A DNA stretch of 64,000 nt from Octopus vulgaris (lineage: Eukaryota), in the NCBI GenBank assembly GCA_951406725.2, contig OX597814.1:51460001-51524000 (forward strand), written 5' to 3'. A program made the translations under genes and the position numbers. Shown one piece after another: positions 27,601 through 42,600 of the stretch. The notes under the pieces are model-generated. The model ran no database searches. It saw only the letters and a program-made list of their open reading frames with translations, and had not been told where the DNA came from. Position 1 is the stretch's first letter. The number at the start of each line of letters is the position of its first letter.

Positions 27601-30600
27601 CATGTACATATATACACATATTTATGTATGTGTGGGTGCATATGTATATTTGATTATGTACGTGTATGTATGTTCCAGTGCTGAGTGGAACATACATACA
27701 TGTTTATATATTTCTACCTTGAAGTCTGAGGTCTTATTGATCTTTTATGCTTTGGTTGACCATGCCTGCTCCTTGCTGGCTTTTCAGAGCAGAGTCAAGA
27801 CTTTACACTAATTAAGATAGCAGCTTGGAAAATAGAATTGCTTCGACTGTCCTGCTCTTAGAATATCAATTCACCTATCCATTTTCTCTATAAATTTGAT
27901 TGTTCTTTTTTAAAATATCACTTACTAATCATGTTAGTTGGTGGAAAGGTCATCTAGTTTTACCTTGCCTGGTTATACATGTTCAAGATGGTGGACTTTT
28001 GCTAAGATATAAACTAGCATCAACAAAATGTTACTAAAACAGCTGTGGTAAATTTTAAACCCATTTGTGTTCTTTCATATATATATATAGTTTAATATGC
28101 ATAGTATATAGTTACATACTGTGTACATTAAACAATATTTCTCTCACCAGATGGAGTACTTTTTGTTATAGATATTTCCTGAAAGGAAATGTAAGACTAT
28201 ACACACACATATATAGACACGGGAATGACTGTGTGGTTAAGACAGAACTTGAAACCAGTTTGGACAGTTGTCTTCTATAATAGCCTAAAGCCAAGAAAAG
28301 CCTTGTTAGTGGATCTGGTAGACAGAAACTGAAAGAAGCCCAAAATATAACATAATGTGTGTTTGTGTCTCATTGTCTTGACATCATGCAATAGTTGTAA
28401 ACAACTTACTGTCACACAAGCAGTGTTGTTCATTTCCAATCTTCATTGAAAACATGTCTACTCAAGGGAAAATATAACCTTGCTTGCAAATAAGTGAGGG
28501 TTGGTGACAAGAAAAGCAACCAACCATAGAAAATCTGCCATAACTAATTCTATATGACTCGTACATTAAAATGATGACAATGATGTACTTATATATAAAA
28601 AGCACAGAGAGCAATGAAATTAGAAGTTAAAAATATTTATGATCTTCAGAGAATTAGTAACATAATTAAAGTCAAGTGCTTCCAAATAAAAAAGAAGTGT
28701 GTAGACAACTTGTCAAAACTTCACTACTTCCTAAGAAACTAATAATGACTTCGAACTTTAGGACACACATTTCAACTAGAATGGCAAGCTCAGCTGGGTC
28801 CTTGTTTATTGAAATAGCACGTATGGATACATTTAAATTACTTTCACCTAATATAAACAAATGAGGAAATGTTTTCTACATAGTTGGTCAGTATGTGAAT
28901 GTAATTTGCTCAGTAAGTATGACAGCCACTATTATTAGACATTTTGCTATTATAAACCTCTCTGAGAATGTATTTCTATTCTACTGATTCTAATTATAAC
29001 TTGACTTGCATATAACCTAAATAATTTGCAAATGAAAATAATTTAAATAGATGTGGAGTGGTTGGTGTTAAGAAGGGCATCCAACCATAAAGACAATGCC
29101 AAAACAGACAGCAAAGCTTGATGCAATCTTCAGCCTAGCCAGCTCCTGTCAAAGCATCCAACCCATACCATCATGGAAAGTGGATGTTAAATAACGACAA
29201 TGATGATGATGATGAAACTTATTTAGCTTCAATAGTTTCCGAGATATCAAGACAAATACTTCAAACTAGACAAAAATGAGTCAATAAGGAAGCCTCAACA
29301 TGATTGCATGTATTTTTAGAAATAGCAGTTACATCCCCTACAAATTATAACCATCTTACACAGGTTGTTGTATGTACACTAGACCAGGAAAAAAAAACAG
29401 GATGGCCACAACTGGAATACCTTTGATTATAGATCTGTTTGACTAGAATTGATTGAGAGCTAAACTGGATAAAAAAGGAGGCAGCCAATTTCTTCAAAGA
29501 TAGATTTAAGAATGATGGCAAGGTTTCTAATTTTTATTAAACCCTTCCTTACTAGAAAAAAAAATACAGAATTGGGATTTGAGCTCAGAACAACAGAACT
29601 ATTAGCATTTAAGATTTTCATTGTAAGAGAAGTTGAAACTTCATATCTTTTTCAATCTGGACCTGACTCAAAGTTATATTACTGCCAATAATGATTTCTT
29701 TATTAGATAGAAGGAATTTTACATAACACCAAAACTGGAAGGAATTTAGCAATATAGATGGCATTTTTTTTTCTTTTCTTTGTTGTTCCAGTAGGAGTTA
29801 CCCCTTTATGTACTGTATATGTTAGATGATGTCCCCTGAATAAGAACATCATCATCATCATCGTTTAACATCTGCTTTCCATGCTAGCATGGGTTGGACG
29901 ATTTGACTGAGGACTGGTGAACCAGATGGCTGCACCAGGCTCCAATCTTGATCTGGCAAAGTTTCTACAGCTGGATGCCCTTCCTAATGCCAACCATTCC
30001 GAGAGTGTAGTGGGTGCTTTTATGCGCCACCAGCATGAGGGCCAGTCAGGCGATACTGGCAATGGCCATGCTCAAATAGTGTTTTTATTACATTTCACCT
30101 GCACAGGAGTCAGTCCAGCGGCACTGGCAACCTCACTCAAATGCTTTTTTCACGTGCCACCAGCATTGGCAACAACCTCACTCAAATGCTTTTTTCATGT
30201 GCCAGTAAGGCGACGCTGGTAACGATCACGCTCGAATGGTGCTTTTTACGTGCCACCAGCACAGAAGCCAGTTAGCTGCTCTGGCAACGATCACGCTCGG
30301 ATGGTGTTCTTAGCACTCCACTAGCACGGATGCCAGTCATTGAAGCATTTTATATTGGGTTCATTTAGCATATCAATTTATAAATTGCATCTACAATGGT
30401 TTCAGACTTATGATGGTATTTCATGAATCTTAAGAATCTTTCCTTTCACTTTTTTGCAGTTCTGATGTCACTTTAACATTTTTTTGTTGCATAACTAAAA
30501 AAAATGATCAGATACAAGATTCACAATCTCTAGAAATTGTTCTGTTGGACAAAACTGTTGCATTCTTCCAGATGAGGTCAGAACATTCTTAAAAAAAAAT

Positions 30601-33600
30601 AAAAAGGAAGTAGTACACAGATAAAACCTAGTATCCAGTGCTGTTCTATTATATGTTGAACAATCGTTATGCATTTGGAATCAATGGCTTCATTTAAGTC
30701 TCAAACATAAATAAGCATGTGCAAGTACTGAATATCTGATGTCTAAAAGTNNNNNNNNNNNNNNNNNNNNNNNNNNNNNNNNNNNNNNNNNNNNNNNNNN
30801 NNNNNNNNNNNNNNNNNNNNNNNNNNNNNNNNNNNNNNNNNNNNNNNNNNCAAATTAAACGGTTACGACTAAATCCAAACAGTCTACCAGTCCATTTAAT
30901 TCTCTTCAATGAAAAAAAAATTTAGAATTTTTTTACTTTGATTAAAAGCTTCTTTTTACTAATGACTCACACAATTATTTTCTATTTCAAATACATCTGC
31001 ATTGACCAAAGCCTTCAACATCTACAAACTTCAGCCAGCAGGTGAATTTTAAATGACCTGCAGTAGTTAATCTTTTGTCCTACTTATTCATAGGTGTCAG
31101 ACAGTCTGATATCCACAAAACACTGGTCTCTTCTATACTATCCATCTTAAATTCCACCTGTATTTCTACCTTTGCACTTACTAAAACTTTAAACTACACT
31201 TATTAGAAACAAATATACTGTATAACAAATTTTCTGATTGCTCCTAACAGTAAATTTGCTTTATGCAAGACTTCTGCAAAGTAACCCAAAACATACTCAA
31301 TATAACCCTTGTTCACCTGTTTCAGGAACTAGAAAATCAATACCATGACGTGGTTTTCTGTAAATACCAATTATTCAGTGTAGTGTCAAAAGAACTCTCT
31401 AATCCATTTCAAAATTCATTTCCATTAACTTCACATGATTTTCCTCTATTTCCACACTAAACTCAAATGGCTTTTTTTAACATTCATTCCCAATATTGAA
31501 AGCAACACCCATATCCCTTTTAATCAACTTCAGAGCCCTCCAAAGACCTGTTATCAATCGCCACTGTAAACTTATTTGCTAATAAGACAAGCCTGTATTC
31601 CAGCACACATATTAAATGCAATACCTGTAGCAGGACCTACAAGCAAATAACCATTTCTTCCAGCAGTGTAAACTTTTATCATCTTCTAATGGAAATCTAA
31701 TAAGCCAAAAATTAGTTTAAAATTTTTAAAGAACAAATGTTACTTTGTTCAAGAATAAAGAACTGCATCCCTGTTAGACATCTCTTAATTTCATATATCT
31801 TCATTACATATTCTATGGTTCTCAATGAAAGTCTTGTAAATGTTCTTGAAAACTTCACATATGTCAAAACTACAGCAATGAAAATTCACTTTTTCTTTAG
31901 GGAAAAATATTTTAGCTTTGAGTAACTGTCAATTCTTAAGATAAAATATTTCTTCCTAATTAAATGTGGTGCTTGAGCTTGCTGTGCAACATCCCTACAT
32001 TACAGAAAACCTTTCTCTGTTTGTCAATAGCTGAAATCATCTTTTTGTATCTTGTACCCCACCAATAAGAGTTGTGAGTTTTCATAATCTAGTGTTCACT
32101 TAAACTCACCAATGACACTCATTTCTCTGTCTCCTCAAACTCATGTTCTACATCTTACTCCACCCAAACTAAACTCCACAACTATCATTATAAGTAAGTC
32201 TTCAATCTAAATATTGTTACTGTATAAAACACTCTTCATGTATTTTCAAAATATGCAATCTTTTAAGTTTTCAAATTCTAAAATCAATCCTTTTCTTCAA
32301 ACTTCTAACTCATTAAAATCTCAGGTTCTCAGAAATATAATGTGAATCAGTTTGAACAGGATTAAAAGAAATGTAAGTAAGGAATTAGTTGATTCTCCAA
32401 AGTTAGTCTCATTTAAAACACACACATACACAGACTGAAAGTCATTCTTAGTGATTAATCAAATTGGGATGAAGTTCTCTACATTGAGTTAAGTAAGCTA
32501 TGTATAATGTGCTTCACCAAGGAGGTGCAAAGAAAATGCCTATCAACAGTTTGTATTTGAGACTTTTAAGTCAACTGTCCATCCTGCAGTAAGTAATCTG
32601 ACTACTTTCTATAGAAAATATTGGAGAGTCTAATATGAACCCTCTGATTGGAACTTGTAAATCATATACTTTTACTAAGTTAAAATTCTTAAGAGAAACC
32701 TTATACATATAAATTTCTATGTAGCTTCGTTTACCTTTTTGTACAATAATTGTCATATAAGCATCATCTCATTGCTATTTCAGAATAACATGGAAATGTG
32801 CAATCACTCTCTAAAACATTTGTAATAGGTACTTTAATAAGTCAATCATTGTATCTGTCCTTCTTTTCAGACATATTCTTATTACTTTTTTTAATGTAAT
32901 AAACAAATATATATAGGTGCAGGAATTGATGTGTTGTTAAGAAGCTTCATTTGAAACCATATAGTTTCAAGTTCAGTCCCACTGCACAGCAACTTGAGCA
33001 AGTGTCTTCAACAATAGCTTCAAGCCAACCAGTGTCTTGTGAGTGAATTTAACTGAGTAGAAGAAAATTGTGTGTGTAGGTGTGTTTGTTCCCCATCGAC
33101 AACCAGTGTTGATTTATTTATGTCCCCATAACTATTGGTCTCAAGAGACAAACAGAATAAGTACCAGACTTTAAAAAAAAGTACTGGGGTCAATTGGTTG
33201 GAGTAGAGCCTTCAAGGCAATGTCCAGCATAGCCACAATTCAATGACTGAAACAAGTAAAAGATAACAAAAAAAAAGAAGGTAGTCATGACAAAATCTTA
33301 CAAAAATGTTAATGTTATATCCTTTAGTGACGACTGTATCTCTGCTTGCTTTAGTCTGCCTGGCTGATAACAAGTTCAACTTCCATTTCACATTTTAGTG
33401 ACTAGCAGTAAGAAAGTTATCTAATTGTAAAAGTAATTGTTATGATGGTATTCAAATACTCCAATTTGAAAACCCTTTGCCCTTCTATGATGACATGGGT
33501 TTGATGGTTTGACCAGAACAGGTAAGGCCAGGAGTCACACCAGGTTGCATTGTTTGGTATGGTTTCTGAGGCTGGATGCACTTCCTAACACCAACCACTT

Positions 33601-36600
33601 TACAGAGTGTATTGGATGTTTTTTTATGTAACACCAGTACCAGTACTTTTAACGTGGCACCAACACAAGTACTTTTTATGTGACACTAGCACCAGTATCA
33701 ATTCTGCAATGGTGATCAGGTTTTCTTGAATACAGGGCACCAGATATCTTGGTCCTTTGTTATTTCCTTTGAGATCAGCCTTCAATACTTTGCCGTATGT
33801 CTTCCTGGGTTTCCCTCCACTTTGAGTAATTGGCACTTTGGTACACAACTGTCTACATCCATATACATTACACAACCAAACCAGCACAGTCTTCTCTCTT
33901 GCACACTGCATATAATTTCTCTTATGCCCAACTTTTCTCTCAATACACTAGTGCTGTTGCACATGTACACTGACATTCTATTGGGTCATCCCATAAATAA
34001 TGTAGTTTTTTTCAATTGCATTAACTAAAAGTCAGTTGCTATAAAAGCAGGTAGTAATTTTACCTTGTACTTATTCTTAGTGCAAGTTTTGAAGAGTGCA
34101 GTTCGATTTTAACAGTTATTTTTTCAAAGCTACAATGGAAGTGACAAAGGAGCATATCTGGCATATTTTGCTTTATGAGTTCAATAAAGGCAACAATGCA
34201 ACAGAAAGTGCAAGGAATATTAATGCATTATATGGGGATTGGACAATAAGCATAAGCTAGTGTCAACGGTGGTTCCAGAAATTCCGAGCTGGAAACTACA
34301 GCCTAGAAGACAAGCCTCATCCTGGAAGATCTGTAGAGCTCAATGAGGAAATCCTGCAAACCCTGGTGGAAAAAAATCTCATTGTTAACTGTTGAGGAAC
34401 TGGCAGAGAAGTTTGGATTTGGTAATTCAACCACTCATCAACACCTGCGTGCCATTGGAAAAGTCAGCAAATTAGGTCAATGGGTTCCTCACAAACTTTC
34501 TGAGTCTAATCATGCACAGAGAGTGAATGTGTGCTCTTCTTTGCTGTCACGTCTCAAATGAACCTTTTTTTAGACCGAGTAGTGACTGGTGATGAGAAAT
34601 GGGCTCTCTATAAAAATGTCAAATGCTGAAGACAGTGGGTAGGGAAAAGAGAAACACTGGCACCCCAGGCTAAAGGTCTTCACCCATGTAAGGTGTTGCT
34701 AACTCTTTGGTGGGATATGAAAGGTTTAGTCCACTTTGAACTTTTCCACCCAAACTAAACGATAATAAAGGAGATCTACTGCAAGCAGCATGAGTGGCTT
34801 AAGTCAGTGTTAGAAGAAAAACAACCATCTTTGATTTCAAGATGAAATGTGTTCTTCTGTCAGGATAATGCTCAGCCACATACAGTGAGGATGACATTCC
34901 AAAGGCTGAAGCTGTTTGAATGGGAAACGATGCCCCACCCACCATATTCACCAGACATTGCCCCATCTGATTATCATTTATTCTGCAAGTCTTCAAAATC
35001 ATTTAGATGGAAACAATATGAATTCTGTAGATGAGGTCAGAACAGTACTGGAGGAGTATTTTTTGTCATGGACAAGTGAGTTTTGGAAGAGGGCCTTGCA
35101 AGTCTACCAGATAGATGGAAGAGCATTGTAGAAAATGGAGGAGATTATATTTTAGATTAAAAAAGAACTTTGTTGATTTTAATTTTGAAAAATAAATGAA
35201 GTATAAAAAAACTGCATTATTTATGAGATAACCCAATACATCCAGCAGAGTATAGTAGCTTCATTCCTCTCTAGCTTTTACATGTCTTGCATTCAAGGCC
35301 CTTGTCTCACTACCATGTAGCATTGCTGTTTGTATATATGCATCATACAATCTTCCTCTCACTCAGAGAGAGACTTTTGGTTACCAACTAAGTAAAAGCT
35401 CTCTAAATTTTCTCCATCCTATTCTAGCAATTACACTTTCTCCAGGGCATTTGAGAAAATCAATTTCCCAAGGAGCTGTAGTTTTTATGGCTCCTGTGCA
35501 TCTTCCACATACAAACACTACCTTCTTTAATAACCTTCCCATGATTTCACTGCACTTCTTGTGTGCCCATAGCTTGCACTAGGTAGACTACAGAATTCCT
35601 GCCTACATCTTTCCTACATATTGAGCAGGGCCACTTACCTGATGGAATTAGGGGCCTGCCTGTTTTCTTGCTTACTAGAACTTTGACATTAAGGCCATTT
35701 GATTCCAGGTTTAGCTTCTACATCTGGAATTTCTTTCCTAATTCTGTTACAGAATCTGCTATAAGAGCAATATCTACAGCATACAACAGTTCCCAGGGGC
35801 AGCCAGTTTTGAATTCCTTTGTATGGCATGGAGGAAGATGATGAATAGAAGGCAACTGAGACCGAACCCTCAAGAATGCCTACCTGTACACTATATTTAT
35901 CACAATACTGTAATGACAGAACCTCTGAACATGGTTTGTACAGTTTTCACAAGCCACTCATCAACCCCTAGCTTTCTGAGAGCCCACCATATCACACAAC
36001 AGAGTACTCCGTAAAAGGCTTTCTCTAAGTCAACAAATGCCAAACACTGGCTTTTTCTTAACAAACATACTTCTCCTGCAGTTGTCTGACTATAAAGATA
36101 GTGTGAGTAGTGCTTGCTCCTGGTACAAAGCCAAACTGCATTTCATCTAATCTGATTCTGCTCCTAATTAATTGAGCTATAACACTTTCCATAACTTTCA
36201 TGACCTGGTCCAGCAACTTGATGCCTCTGTAATTACTCTTAAGGCATCTTCCTTACCCTTATAGCAGCTGACTATAATGCTTCTACACCAGTCATTGGGG
36301 ATAACACACTCCTGAATAATCTGATTAACTATATGGGTGACTAGACTATATCCTACTCAGTCAGATATTTTAAGCATCTCAGCAGTGACTTCCAACAGAC
36401 CAGGGGCTTTCCTTGTCATCATATCCTTAATTGCTTTATCTATCATACTGCTGTCAGCACAAATAGCCAGTCCCTCTACTGGTTTCACATAGGGGAGATT
36501 CCCTTTCTCCCATTTGTTCTTCACATTCAACATCCTTTCATAGTATCACATCTACACCTCTTTCTTTTTTGAGTCACTGAGTACAAGCATACCATTGAAC

Positions 36601-39600
36601 ACAAGAATACAAAAATGAAATTTAAATTTAAACTCTCACCTGAATTTATTCCTAAGGTCTTCTATATATTTGAAGTTGGGTGTCAACTGTCCGTTTGATG
36701 TAATTACAGACTGTAAATATACAAAAATATTTAAAAAAATAGTTTTGTTGTTAAGTTTAAATCCCAAGAAGGTATACAGTTAATTCTACACTGTTTCACT
36801 TTAACTAGGTATATTTTATCCAGATTTATTTTTAACCATTTAAAATTATGAAATTGGAGACATTATTTACATTATATATATTATGTGGACTCTCTCATCA
36901 TTTCGAAAGATGAATGTTCAGCAAGGCACAGTTGCATGGTGTTCTTTCTATGGCCATCTGTGTGTAAGGTCAAAGCTGCCTGTTTCCATCGCTTTCTTCC
37001 CTATTGTTACTGGACTTATGGAGAAAGTGTTGGTGCTGGCATGGTTTGTACAGAGCCAGCCCCACTCTTTTGTCCTTCAAAGTTGTATCGGTTTGGTGCA
37101 ACAAGTGCCATGAGCCTAGTAGCTATCAGGTTGCATGATTTGTATGGAGTAACCCTTTCTTGGATGAACAGCTAAAGAGCTGAAAAGCCTCTTCTGCCTT
37201 GGGTTCACTGGGAGTCTATGGGTAACTTTCTTCCAGAATATATTATTATTAATATGAGTATTATCATCAATGCCAACCACTTTACAGAATGTACCAGGTG
37301 CTTGTCATGTGGCACCATTGCCAGCACTTTTTATGTGGCATCAGCACCAGTGCTTTTTTATGTGGTACCAAAGCCAACACTTTGTACTTTGGTTTTAGAA
37401 AATCAATTCTGTTGTAGAGGGTGAGTCTTTTTGAATACAACAATGTACCACATACATCAGTCCTCTGTCATCTCTTTTATAAAGCTCAGTGTTTTGAGAT
37501 TAGCCTTCAATACTTCATCCCATGTCTTCCTGGATTTCCCTCTCCCACATTTTCCCTCCACTTTAAGTGATCAGCACTTGTTTATGTAACTGTCCTCATG
37601 TTGACCAACAGCACAGTCTCTTCTCTTGCACACTGCATATAATTCCTCTTATGCCTAACTTTTCTCTCAAAGCACTAGTGCTCTGTCTCATATGTACACT
37701 GACATTTTACATCCAGCAGAGCATACTAGTTTTGTTCCTCTCTATCTTTGCATATCCTCTGCATTCAGGACCCACGTTTAACTACTATGTTGCATTGCAG
37801 CTCATACACATACATCATACAATCCCACTTCCACTCTGAGAGAAAGACTTTTGGTTGCTAACAGAGGTTAATGCTCTCTGAACTTTCTCCATCCTATTAT
37901 CTGAAATTTGAAAAGTCTTTTGCTTTTAGCAGACTGCCATTGTAATGTTCTATGTGTACATACTAAATTCAGTTGAGGAAAGTGTCTAGCTACATTGTAT
38001 AGTTTAGAGTGCCTTTTTATTTGATTGAAACTTATTTAAGCTTTATCCAATAGGTAATATAAAAATTACATGTGACTGAATGGAAACGAAAATTATTTAG
38101 ACCGTATATGAGAAGCTAAAGTTAGTGATATGTTCAGTGGAAAGTTCAAAATTCTGTTAGTTTACAAAGGCCCTATTCTTAAACTACTTCCCTTCATCAA
38201 AGACCTAGAGGTTGCAATAAAGACATTCAAAACCAATACTTATAATTACTGTACACAACTTACTGAGGATAGTATATTAAATTCTGTAACAGAGGAAACT
38301 TAATCAACTGAGAAAGTGGAAAACATTTGATAATAGTGTTATATGTTATGTAGTTGGTGAGTAACTGTTGTAATTGATAACAAATGAAATTCAGTCTTTG
38401 TAGTTAAAGTAATTTAAATCTTGCATTTATCAGAAATGTGATATATTGGTAGTGGGATGTAAGCAGCAAAGAACTGAATATAGCTCGTTGCATGTATTCA
38501 TTGTGAAGACCCAAGTTAGCCTTGGTTAAAAAATACTATGGCAAGAAGGAAGTCAGCTGAATAATGAGGCATGACCCACATATTCTCTTACAAGTAATAT
38601 CAGTAATGCATCATATAGGGTGAAATGTAACAGAAAAGTGAAAGATGAATAAAGAGTAAATGGGTTTGTGATTAGGGAATAAATTTCAGTGGTTGAGGAT
38701 TACAAGGAAGGTGAATTTTCAAGTAAATCTATATAATGCAGAATTAATACGGATAAGTGTTATATGCTGGTTGGAAAATTCCTGATGCATATTGAACAGT
38801 ATGAGATAGTAGGAGGAAGCCACAGAAGGGTAAGAATGAGGAAGTCAAATACATGTTAGAAAGTCAAGTATTTTTAGCCAGGCGACACTTCAGTCACTCA
38901 TTATAATTCCACTTACAATACATAAAAACAAGTTAATTGCCTTTTAACTGACACATAAAAAATGATGTAAAGAACAACGTGATGTATGGCTTTAGTTCAG
39001 TTTCAAAAATGTTTATAGCTAAATTCATAAAAGAAACCTTTTAAAACCCTTCTGACAAATGTTCTTAAAAAGTAATTGTTAAATAAATTAGAATTTATAT
39101 CTTTCCTCTTTTCTCTTATTCAAAATCTAAAGACCAGAAACTTTCTTTTACAGGCTCAGTCTGGAAGTGGTGTCCATAACCCTTGCAGGATCCTTGAGCT
39201 GGTGAGGCATTAATGTTTGGTTTAAATTGTCACTGGTCAACACAGCTGCAGGAAAGACATTCTAAAAGCTGCAGGGAAAAGATTCTAAAAGGCTGCTGTT
39301 CTGGAGAGAAAGTAATGGGCATAGTGTTAAGTGTGGGGCCAAGAGGAAATGGGAGTAGTGGACAGAACAATGGTGACAAGAGGTGGAGATATGAGTAAGT
39401 TAAAGAAACCTTAGCAAACTCTAAGGAGCAGAGGCCATTACAGTAGCAATAAAAAAGACAGAAAGGAAACAGCATGCCTGAGAGGAAGTGTTGTACAGTA
39501 TGTAATTGTGTATTGAGTAGTTGTGATGTGGTAGTGGTCAGATGACCCAACAGGCGCAGACACAGTTAGAGTTTGTTACCGGTTAGGTTTTGAGTGCCAA

Positions 39601-42600
39601 TGGAAGATGAAACAAGTTAGCATAAGTGTTAAGGGTGGTAAATGATTCAGCTTCTGCACTGGCAGCATTGGTGTGGGATGAAGATGAGAGCTATGAGGAG
39701 TTGTAAGTGATGAGGTCACCAAGGATGATCAGAGTTGTTGGTTGAGGAATTTGGAGAGTGATAGAGGGAGTAGGTGTATTTGGAGAAATGAGAATAAACT
39801 TTGGGCCAGAGTAACTGGATGTCTTTATTGTAGAAATTCAAATGAGTGTTTAGAGATAGGGAGAGTGGAGTTTACCTATGCACAGACACCATATTTTAAA
39901 GAGAAAGTTGAATAGAAAAGGTAGCAGAGATGGGTTGTAGAAAGAAATTTGAGAAATCTGAATTGCAATCAGAAATAGGATAAGTGATTTGCATGTAAGT
40001 AAGAGATGGCATGTGGCTCTAGTCCTCAGATGGTTGAGAAGAGAATGGAAAATTGGTCAGGTGGTTTGGACTTAGTTTTTGACATGGGAATATGCAGAGG
40101 GTGATGGTGCCATGGAAACCTCATGGTCCGTATGCTTGAAAACACAGTGAACTTTGCTAAAGGAAATCAATAGCTAGATGATAGGGTCAGACTGGACAGA
40201 ATGGTGCCTTTTCACTCACACAATGAGGAGAGGTAGACTTTCTGTGCCCTATTGAAGGGGGCTTATATTAGGAAGAACAAGAGAAAAGTTTTAGGGAGAA
40301 AAGAAAAAGGAAAAAGAAGTAAATGAAGTTTTAGTAATAGACTTTAAAAAAAAAAGATAAAAAAACATCTTATTCTACAAAACTAAAATTAACTTACATT
40401 TTTCACTGCTGGTGACACATTATAGTCTTCGAATAACTTTTTAGCATTTGATTCAACCTGTTGAAAAAAAAAAAAACTAATTACAGAAGGACATAATAAG
40501 AAAACAAAAAGTACAGCCTTAAATATTTATTTTCAAGAATAGATATTGAAAATTACTTTATACTGTATCAATATAAATGCTGTGATGATAAAATATTTGT
40601 ATTATACAAACTTTAAATGTGTAAAGATTAACTGCTATTGTTGTGAATGGCTTATAAAAATCCATTTACTTTTTCACACTATGCATGAAGAAAATAATAA
40701 CATATCCACCCTAACAGTTTAGTTGAAGTATGTGATCAAGAAATAACATGAAGCCTGCTTTATTGAAGTAACTGCATAAAGTCTACTTCCAAGCAATTTC
40801 AAATTTTATTTCATTTTGTTAAACTAAGCAGCTTGCAATTTTAAAAAATAAAATTCAAAACTGTTCAATGATGAAATAAAAATTAAAAAGGTAACTATTT
40901 GTTTCACAGGGTAATACAGTGTAAATTAATAACCTTTTGCAATTTGTGTAAAATAGCTAGAAAAACATCTATTGTCTCGTGTCAACAACGAAATACTTTT
41001 CTGATGTATTCATTTCCACGAGCATCTCACAAATATATAGCCACAGGCATAATTGTGTGGTTAAGAAGCTCAATTAGAAACCACATGGTTTCAGGTTCAG
41101 TTCCACTGCTTGGCATCATGGGCAAGCGTCTTCTACTATAGCCCCAGACTGACCAATGCCTTGTGAATGAATTTGGTAGATGGAAACTGTGTGGAAGCCC
41201 ATTGTGTGTATGTGTATGTGTGTGTGTTTATCACCCACCACACTACTTGACAACTGGTATTGGTTTGTTTACATCTTTATAACTAAGCAGCTCAGCAAGA
41301 GACTGATAAAATAAGTACCAGACTTTAAAAATATATACTGAGGTTCATTTGTTTGACACCCTCCAAGGTAGTGCCCCAGCATGGTTGCAGTCCAGTAACT
41401 GAAACAAGTAAAAGATAAAAGGTGATGTATACATGTACATAGTAGATGCCAGATCACTGGTTAAAAAGTTCAGCAACTTGTTGTAATTATTTTGATAAAA
41501 ATGTACACAAAAATTAAAATACCCAATATTTTATTTGCTTATTTAGAATTGAGTTTCCATTATCATCATTTTTACACACTGGTATGGGTTGGAGGAGTTA
41601 TCTAAGTCCAAGTCACTTCCTTTTTTTTTTTTGAGCTATTCCCATACAGGTTGGAGGTCACATCAAGCTTGTATGTTCCCCTTTGGCATGGTTTCCATGG
41701 TTGAATGCTTTCTTCTTACAGTCAACCTTGTTACAGAGTGCACTGAGAACATTTCAATGTGATACAAGCACTAAAGGACCTGTCTTGTCTTCAGCAATAC
41801 TAAAGAGTTCTCTTGGTACTGCACTATCTTTGTTTGTTCCTTCAGAGGCACCAGAGAGCTTGCTTAATCATCAGTAAGATTACAGAATCCCTTTCCCTCT
41901 GCATTGTACTGGTTTGCTAGTTCCTTTCTTCCTCCTAGAACTCTGGTAAGAAAAGAATCAGTGGTAGGAGGAAGGGGGTGGCAGAAGACAGTAATTAGGG
42001 AGAGAAAGTTACATGATGGTTGTTGATAATGAGGTGCAATAGTAATAACATAAGAGTGTGATGGAAGATAACTAGAGTGAAGAGTAATGAGAAATAGGGA
42101 GAGGCAGGGGCAGTAAGCAACTTACATGATGGTTGTTGAATAAAGATTTCTGTGTAAATATTAAACATCTTAGCTTCCTGGACATAACAAAAAATTTTGT
42201 GCTCAACTCAGAATTTTCTAAGATGGCATGATAGAAGAAGAGTGATAGTAGGAGAGAGTGATGAATAGCAATAATGATAGTTGATGGTAAGAGAAAGAAA
42301 CAGGAGGGAAAGAGAGAGAGTAATAGCTAGCAATAAAGGGCAAAGGTAAGTGAGGAGGACTGAATAGCCAGATCTTTACACAGGTATTTTGGTGAGGGAG
42401 GGAAAGAGAGGAGAGACAGCATGATAAATGAAGAACAGAGAGGAGTTCAGTAGATAGTAGCAAAGATGGTTGACTGCATATGAACACATTAGGCGAAAGA
42501 CTCAAATGTAGATATTTTACATCCCAACCTCTATCATCATTTTTGAATGTTTGTTTTCTATGCTTATATAGGTTGGTAGAGTCTTCATCATTGCAGCATT

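Noticed and set aside
35633-35641. Perfect CAG|GTAAGT donor on the AASS strand
   Set aside because: It is part of RTE coding sequence (SGKWPC) with no convincing exon; kept only as a control showing such donors occur by chance.
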